Of a stretch of 32,000 nucleotides of DNA, positions 26,229 through 32,000 are shown piece by piece (position 1 is the stretch's first letter; each line of letters begins with the position of its first letter). The stretch lies in the sequence record ON287370.1; one strand, given 5' to 3'. A program made the translations under genes and the position numbers. The notes below the pieces were generated by a model. It saw only the letters and a program-made list of their open reading frames with translations, searched no databases and was not told the origin of the DNA. Source of the DNA: Serratia phage vB_SmaM-Sureiya.

Positions 26229-26357
26229 ATGTATTTTAGTGGTGGCTCCTGGACAGGGGCTTTTGTAATCTTTGGATTACTTTGCGCTGTAGTTGGTTGG
26301 GGCGTTATTGAAACACTACGTTGGCTTTTCTCTTTCGTCCATATTACATTTGGTTAG
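26229..26357 (+). CDS. 42-aa predicted membrane microprotein
   Basis: MYFSGGSWTGAFVIFGLLCAVVGWGVIETLRWLFSFVHITFG; SD AAGGAG upstream of ATG at 26229. Absent from the ORF track because of its size. Confidence 0.6.
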   Translation: MYFSGGSWTGAFVIFGLLCAVVGWGVIETLRWLFSFVHITFG

Positions 26358-26367
26358 GAATATTTAA

Positions 26368-26634
26368 ATGAAAGTTGTAATTTATGGCAAACCGAATTGC
26401 CCATGGTGTGATCGCGCCAAGAACCTGGTTAAAGATGTTGAAGGTATTGAACATGAATACATCGACATTACTCAAGTTGGGATCGATGGCCCTAAGCTTA
26501 GTGAAATCTGCGGTGAAGAAGTTCGCACAGTTCCACAGATCCTGGTTGACGGTAAATACAATCCACATGGCTTCCAAGGTCTGATACCAGTTGTTGCTAA
26601 ACACAAAGCAAGTCTTCCTCAAAAAGAAGCTTGA
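26368..26634 (+). CDS. Glutaredoxin
   Basis: 88 aa, MKVVIYGKPNCPWCDRAK active site CPWC, TVPQILVDG cis-Pro motif, GF/GL C-terminal region. Confidence 0.92.
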   Translation: MKVVIYGKPNCPWCDRAKNLVKDVEGIEHEYIDITQVGIDGPKLSEICGEEVRTVPQILVDGKYNPHGFQGLIPVVAKHKASLPQKEA

Positions 26635-26640
26635 TAGTGC

Positions 26641-26717
26641 GGCCCTGTAGCTCAGTTGGTTAGAGCAAGTGACTCATAATCGCCTGGTCACAGGTTCAAG
26701 TCCTGTCAGGGCCACCA
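26641..26717 (+). tRNA. tRNA-Met(CAT)-type
   Basis: Acceptor GGCCCTG/CAGGGCC, D-arm AGCTCAGTTGGTTAGAGC, anticodon loop CTCATAA, T-arm ACAGG-TTCAAGT-CCTGT, encoded CCA. A CAT anticodon could also be Ile(k2C). Confidence 0.92.
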
Positions 26718-27690
26718 TGTAGTAACCCAGTTAAGTTGGGAAGTGTAAGTCTGGTCCAATGAGCCGATTGATTCGGGGTTGGAAGGGGTTTGCCAGTCAA
26801 CGGTATTGGGATGTAAGACCTCTGTAAGTTCGGCCCTACTGGGCAGACAAGTACAGAGGCAATACCTGGCTAGTATGCCAGGTTTAAATCCAAGAGTGAA
26901 CGGCGGCGAGAGTCCGCTATTGTAAATAGCTCTTGGTGGGTGTTGTCCTGGTTAAGCCTCGGCGACATAGCAGCGCGTTTGATAGAATGCCCAGTAGCAT
27001 AAGCTGAATGCACTTCCGATACGTGACTATTGGATTATCGATGATGGTAGAACCCGAACTCCATCCTGGGCGGTCATAAAAAACAATATCTATCTTAACT
27101 GGGAACGCTGTACCCATATGTGTCTTGGTATCGAACAAACCCTAGCTATATATGCATAAATGTGATGAGCTTGAGAGTTGATGATACGGAGACACACCCA
27201 TCGGTCCTTCTGAACGAAAGCATAACTTAAGGTTGAACATTGATGTTCAAATAACCTGGGAGAGTAATGAGATTACTCATGCGATATCAGAGGACCACCC
27301 TAATCCCTTTGGTGAGGGTTGTCGTACTATCTGACGAGTCTGACGACATAAAACAAGTAGACGAAACGGGTATCCAATAAGGTGTCTCCAGCACCATTGG
27401 AACCGTCATAGAACAGCTGTGCCCTAACCGTGAGCAGCCACCCGATGTTCAAGGGTGAGACAACAGCGCTTTAACTGGAAGGTAACTATATGGCATTATA
27501 GCGTACCAAGCCAGACGCAAACGGTCCGTCTCCATGCCAGGGGAAAGTTGTTGACATCAACCGTAGACAGCCGTCTGAGTGATTGTAATATGAAGGGATT
27601 TGCAACCCTGAGATTATTGATTGCTCTTTCGAGTGTCCATGTAACTAAGCATTTACTCCCTACCCCTTCCGAAAGGTTGGGGTAGGGGTT
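26718..27690 (+). ncRNA. Large (about 970 nt) candidate structured non-coding RNA between tRNA-Met and a terminator; GOLLD/ROOL-like context
   Basis: No convincing ORF. Many local stems: CCTCTGTA/TACAGAGG, ACCTGGC/GCCAGGT, three-way junction CCAAGAG...GCGG/CCGC...TATT/AATA...CTCTTGG, TTGAACA/TGTTCAA, GAGTAAT/ATTACTC, CCAAT+GGTG/CACC+ATTGG, CACCC/GGGTG. Ends at a terminator. Confidence 0.6.
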
Positions 27691-27699
27691 TATGTTTGT
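27658..27699 (+). terminator. Strong terminator at the end of the large ncRNA
   Basis: CCCTACCCC (27658-27666) pairs with GGGGTAGGG (27679-27687), inner CC-GAAA-GG, then a T-rich tract. Confidence 0.88.
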
Positions 27700-27817
27700 C
27701 TTTTAGTTTTAAATCATATGACGTCTTCTCTCTATTAACAAACCTAGGATGGTTGGATAGTGAGATCATTGCCTTTCTATAAAGGTCTATTTCGAAATAG
27801 TATTTAGGAGGGTTCAA

Positions 27818-28663
27818 GTGAATCCAGTTGATTTTAGTGTTGAGTATGTGATCAATGGTCCTACCGACATCTCTGAATATTTATTGAAGCTAGCCTTCCA
27901 TAATCCAAATAACGGTTATGGAAGTATCTGGGCTCCAGTGAATGACGAGTTTACTGTAGAACAAGGTATTCGTGAAAAGGTCATCATGAAAATGGTTGGT
28001 CCTTTACTTAATGTGGCTGGCGGTACTACGGAGATCATCGATCTTAGCGCAGCACATATTGAAAACCTTTCCGGTGGTATCATCGCAGTTAACGTTCCTG
28101 ACTTCATGACAGGTGGTCGTCGTATTCTTTCTGTCTTGGAAGTTTACCCAGGTAACATCAACCGAGCTATCAACAATGGTTATAACTTTAATAACTATGC
28201 AGCTTGTGGTTCTGGTATGATGAACAATAGTCTTAACCGCTTAATTAACGGTTTGGACGATGGTCAGGTTCAACGTTCCTTTACTAGCTTCACCATGACA
28301 GGTAATAACTCCTTTATTATCCGTGACGCTGGTTCTGCGATGTTTAATATGATCGCTAAAGTTATTCTGTCTTATGACGAACACTTCAGCGTTATACCTG
28401 CAAGAATGTATGACAAGTTTGCCGAGCTAGTAGAACTTGGTGTTAAAGCTTATATCTATAAGACATGTCGTCGTGGTATGCAAGAAGCCGTTTCACGTTT
28501 CGGTGTAACTGTTGAAGATGTTCAGGATGATATCCAAGGTTATGCTGATGCTCACCGTGAGTTCAAAGATCTGTATAATAATGAGATTAAGAAATATCTT
28601 GCTTATGCTGATCCGAAAGGTAAGTCTGATGCAATTAAGATGACAGTCCCAAGGAAACGTTAA
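27818..28663 (+). CDS. Hypothetical phage protein (281 aa), GTG start
   Basis: SD TTAGGAGGGTTCAA before GTG; TAATG stop/start coupling with the next gene. Confidence 0.85.
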   Translation: MNPVDFSVEYVINGPTDISEYLLKLAFHNPNNGYGSIWAPVNDEFTVEQGIREKVIMKMVGPLLNVAGGTTEIIDLSAAHIENLSGGIIAVNVPDFMTGGRRILSVLEVYPGNINRAINNGYNFNNYAACGSGMMNNSLNRLINGLDDGQVQRSFTSFTMTGNNSFIIRDAGSAMFNMIAKVILSYDEHFSVIPARMYDKFAELVELGVKAYIYKTCRRGMQEAVSRFGVTVEDVQDDIQGYADAHREFKDLYNNEIKKYLAYADPKGKSDAIKMTVPRKR

Positions 28664-30129
28664 TGAATCTCTCCAATGCAGCCTATTCAATTAGGCAAAG
28701 TTATATTCCACAGTCTGAAGAAGACCGTATGGAAGAATCATTATCAGATAACGAGCTGAGAGCCTTACTAACAGGTTTAGAACAACGGGATCAACCATTC
28801 ACCCTGTTTGGTCCTGAAGTCGCTCTAAATCAGTTTGGTGGGTTTGAGTCCTATCTGAATAATGCAGAGTACATGGCTGGCTTTGAAGCCTTACAGCCTA
28901 ACTTTAACTATGATCGTGATGATGCAGTTAAAGATATCTTTGATGCGTTAGTTGATGACCTGGTAATTAATGAACGCTGGACAAGAAACCTGAAAAGATA
29001 TGTTTATGGGTTTGCTACCAAAGACAATGATCATACAGAGTTCTTCGGTTCTCCTTACTTAGGTACTCACCGCATCTTGTTTAAAACTTCTGACCGTGTG
29101 ACTTTCTTCCGTGACATTATTGATGTTGATGAAGTAAGACTCCGTGATGAATTGATTAAAACCAAATGGATCAACAAAGACTTTAAAGTTTCTTCTGAAG
29201 CTTTTAACTTGTCGATCGTTTATCTGATGCACCGTGTTCAAATTTCAAGTCTCCCTAGAAACTTGAAAGAAGATGCACTGATCAATTTAGTAATGTTGTT
29301 CCACTACCGCATTATGACTTCGATCATGAACCACTACTTCGGTTATCTGGTGAAACCGAGTGTTGCTGTAACAGCCTATAACAAGCTCTCCTTGAAGTTT
29401 GATATTAAGCGCTATGGTTCATGGACTGATCTCTTCCGTGCTCGTGGTGAGTTCATTATCGACCCTCGTACAGGTATTCACTTCGATGCCTTTGCTAAGA
29501 TGGATAATGATAAGAAAATAGTATATATGGTCAATGACATGGAATCCCGTCTTAAGGGTGTCATCAATGACTACACTAAGGTTCTGTATGAAATTAAAGA
29601 CTCAGTTGATTTAGTAGAGACAGACTCAGGTCTTGCTGTACTGGATGGAGAGCTGAACATTAAAGATGTTCAGAAACAGGTTAACCGTTATAAGAACTAT
29701 ATCGGTACCGTACTGGTGGATAAGAACAGTTTCTTTAAACAGGAACTCGCAACTTATGCAGCTAAAGCAATCCCTCGTACTGATGAAGATAAGTTGGAAA
29801 TGATCATCCGTGATTTCCCAGCTCAGTATTCTCATCCGAAGGGAGAACAATATCGTGAGTTTGTTGATGATGTCACCACTCACTTGTTTGAGTATTTAGC
29901 GACCAACTCTATTCGGCATAATGACCTGAAGAATGTGTTCTTCAAGATCCGTGGTGCTTATACTTCAAGTAAGTCCACAAATGCTCTGTTATTCAAATTG
30001 AGAAAAAATGGTGATGAGTTAGTTAAAGCGATGACGGGTATCAAAACTGATATCAAGATCACTTCTCTCAGAACCTCTTTAATGTTGTATATTGTTTTAA
30101 GAACCTTAACTATGGAGTCATACCGGTAA
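28663..30129 (+). CDS. Hypothetical phage protein (488 aa), possibly virion-associated
   Basis: Long ORF coupled to its neighbours; no recognised motif. Confidence 0.85.
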   Translation: MNLSNAAYSIRQSYIPQSEEDRMEESLSDNELRALLTGLEQRDQPFTLFGPEVALNQFGGFESYLNNAEYMAGFEALQPNFNYDRDDAVKDIFDALVDDLVINERWTRNLKRYVYGFATKDNDHTEFFGSPYLGTHRILFKTSDRVTFFRDIIDVDEVRLRDELIKTKWINKDFKVSSEAFNLSIVYLMHRVQISSLPRNLKEDALINLVMLFHYRIMTSIMNHYFGYLVKPSVAVTAYNKLSLKFDIKRYGSWTDLFRARGEFIIDPRTGIHFDAFAKMDNDKKIVYMVNDMESRLKGVINDYTKVLYEIKDSVDLVETDSGLAVLDGELNIKDVQKQVNRYKNYIGTVLVDKNSFFKQELATYAAKAIPRTDEDKLEMIIRDFPAQYSHPKGEQYREFVDDVTTHLFEYLATNSIRHNDLKNVFFKIRGAYTSSKSTNALLFKLRKNGDELVKAMTGIKTDIKITSLRTSLMLYIVLRTLTMESYR

Positions 30130-30755
30130 TGTCTTTTGATATAGCTTTAGAGGGCCTCGATCTCTCTGGTAAATCTACACTTGCTAAACAACTTGCGTAC
30201 GCATTTAAAGCACGCCATGTTGGTGAACCGTTCACAGAAACGTTACACTCTAAACAAGTGAAAGATATGATCACTCAAAGCCAAGCACCTAAGGTTTATG
30301 AGATCATGGCTTTGATCGCTCAACGTGTCGAAGCTAACCAGAAAGTCAAGCACCCTTACCTTTCGAGAGGTCGGGATATTATCTCTGATCGTTGTGTTGT
30401 CAGTTCGATGGTATACCAATCTTCGAAAGAAGCTGATCAAGCAACCGTTCTGAAAATGAACGAAGATATCCTCAACAGTTATGGTTATTCTGCTATCCCA
30501 GATATCCTGGTCTTTATTGATCTTGATTATGAGACTTACATGGAACGTTGTAATAACGGTACTCGTGTTCTCGATAATAAAGAAATCTGGCTGCAGAATC
30601 CAACTAACTTCGAAGCTCAGCGTCAAAAATATTTAGACGCCATTGAGTTGTTGAGTAGTGGTGATCGTCGAACTGTTATCGTGACGATTAAACCAGCAAC
30701 TCCTGTTGAAGAAGTCATTGGGTTAATCAAAGAAGCGCAAGCTAAATTTGCATAA
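30129..30755 (+). CDS. tmk: Thymidylate kinase
   Basis: P-loop FDIALEGLDLSGKSTLAKQL, DRCVVSSMVYQS motif, DLDYETYMERC; 208 aa. Confidence 0.93.
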   Translation: MSFDIALEGLDLSGKSTLAKQLAYAFKARHVGEPFTETLHSKQVKDMITQSQAPKVYEIMALIAQRVEANQKVKHPYLSRGRDIISDRCVVSSMVYQSSKEADQATVLKMNEDILNSYGYSAIPDILVFIDLDYETYMERCNNGTRVLDNKEIWLQNPTNFEAQRQKYLDAIELLSSGDRRTVIVTIKPATPVEEVIGLIKEAQAKFA

Positions 30756-30768
30756 CCTTATAAAGATT

Positions 30769-30804
30769 CCTACTCACTCCTTAACTGGGGTGGGTAGGGG
30801 TCTT
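30769..30804 (+). terminator. Rho-independent terminator downstream of tmk
   Basis: CCTACTCACTCC-TTAACT-GGGGTGGGTAGG, 12-bp stem, then GGTCTTTGTTGTTT. Confidence 0.85.
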
Positions 30805-30886
30805 TGTTGTTTATCGTAATACTTTGTATTAGAGTGCCTGCAAGGGCCTATGCGGGCTTTCAAAAATTAGAGGGGTAGTTTATCAA

Positions 30887-32000
30887 ATGAATCAATTAGA
30901 CATCGCTAAGAAGCTCTTAGCGCATCAGGGACTAAAGCCTGGGTCTTTACCAGAATACCTGATGGACGATAAGAATGAGCGTAACAAATTAGAAGATCAT
31001 GATGAACGAATCATGGCTCACTATAATGAGGATTCTCTCTGGACACTTAAAACGGTAAGGTTCTTGAAAGACTTCTCTCGTTATGGTGCAGGGGTACATA
31101 CAGAAACAACTAACAAGAGTTTCTTGCGTACTGCTGAACTATTCAGGCAGATGGGAATTAAGAACTATTACTTCCTGCTGCAGATTAACAACCCACTTAT
31201 TAAAGATCTCGATCCTTGGTCGGAAGACTTGACCGATGAACAACGTATGATGATCTTGAATGAATGTAACGAAAACATCTGGTACATTCTCCGTGAGGTT
31301 ATTAAAATCGGTGGGCGTAGATTCCGTGGTAACCGTGCGGTAATCTCGTTTATTTGGTCTTGCGTTAACCATATCCCTACAACCATCCTAATGCCTCGCC
31401 AGTCTGGTAAAACGGTTGGGATGCAGGTACTTGCATTCATTATGCAATATCTGTTAGGTCGTGGTTTCCGTACTGGGTTGATTACACTTGCTGCAGCTAA
31501 CCGAATGCAGTTCGTTGAAGCACTTAAGAAGATACGAGCGGGTCTACCTGAATACTTAACCAACATGACTTATAAGGATAAGGATGCTGGTAATGCCTTA
31601 ACCTATCAAGCCTTTGGTGAGGATAAGAAGAACACCTTTGAGGTCCGTGTACCTTCAGGTGGTGCAGATGGTGCAGAGAACGTATCTCGTGGTTCAACCT
31701 TTGAAGTTCTGTTGTATGACGAACCTGCATGGACGAAATACATCGAGAACATTATCAACGGTTCGGGTCCTGCGACCCTGACTGCACAGAAGGAAGCACG
31801 TGAGAAAGGGATTCCTTATTTCACAGCCAAAGCTACAACACCTAACTCCGTTCTTAAAGAGGAAGGTCGTTACATGCATGATGACTTTATGTCGTCTACT
31901 GAATGGCGTGAAAGCTTCTTCGATAGTTTCTCTGAGACCCATCTCGTTAAACGTATCATGAAAGCATCCCCAGTTAAAACAACTTATCCTAAAGTGGGTA
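30887..32000 (+). CDS. Terminase large subunit, 3'-truncated by the window edge
   Basis: ATG at 30887, open to 32000. Walker A in TTILMPRQSGKTVGMQV, Walker B-like TFEVLLYDEPAW. Not in the supplied ORF track. Confidence 0.88.
   Translation, partial: MNQLDIAKKLLAHQGLKPGSLPEYLMDDKNERNKLEDHDERIMAHYNEDSLWTLKTVRFLKDFSRYGAGVHTETTNKSFLRTAELFRQMGIKNYYFLLQINNPLIKDLDPWSEDLTDEQRMMILNECNENIWYILREVIKIGGRRFRGNRAVISFIWSCVNHIPTTILMPRQSGKTVGMQVLAFIMQYLLGRGFRTGLITLAAANRMQFVEALKKIRAGLPEYLTNMTYKDKDAGNALTYQAFGEDKKNTFEVRVPSGGADGAENVSRGSTFEVLLYDEPAWTKYIENIINGSGPATLTAQKEAREKGIPYFTAKATTPNSVLKEEGRYMHDDFMSSTEWRESFFDSFSETHLVKRIMKASPVKTTYPKVG

Noticed and set aside
26344-26622. 92-aa - strand ORF and the 66-aa + frame ORF at 26384-26584
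   Set aside because: Shadows of the clear glutaredoxin frame.
26917-27685. ORFs 26917-27138 (-) and 27455-27685 (+)
   Set aside because: Lie inside the structured RNA candidate; the + ORF runs into the terminator stem and neither looks like a real protein.
26718-27690. tmRNA, RNase P RNA, 23S/16S rRNA fragment or group I intron as an explanation
   Set aside because: No tmRNA tRNA-like ends, no recognised RNase P conserved blocks, only a superficial rRNA-like string (AACGGCGGC), and no intron core or flanking exon evidence by eye. A covariance scan is still needed.
1-32000. CRISPR array, transposon or IS element
   Set aside because: No regularly spaced direct repeats, no transposase-like ORF and no paired terminal inverted repeats seen.

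Overview
This window looks like part of a nucleus-forming (phiKZ-like / Chimalliviridae-type) jumbo phage genome. A left block on the - strand (about 1-23.8 kb) carries a family B DNA polymerase segment (motifs B and C), a PhuZ-type phage tubulin, and about 30 tightly packed small proteins with no family I recognise. The + strand block (about 24-32 kb) holds a DUF2829/Tad2-like candidate anti-Thoeris gene, a tRNA cluster (Asn-GTT, Ser-GCT, Arg-TCT, Met-CAT) interleaved with glutaredoxin and a 42-aa membrane microprotein, two large phage proteins, thymidylate kinase, and a terminase large subunit that runs off the window edge and is missing from the ORF track. The most interesting signal is an RNA island at about 24.0-27.7 kb. 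It has at least three hairpin-dense regions without convincing ORFs, and the largest is about 970 nt (26718-27690), lies directly after tRNA-Met and ends in a canonical terminator. Its size, density of structure and tRNA adjacency recall GOLLD/ROOL-class ornate large phage RNAs, but family membership is untested. All base-pairing was read by eye; no searches or folding were run.
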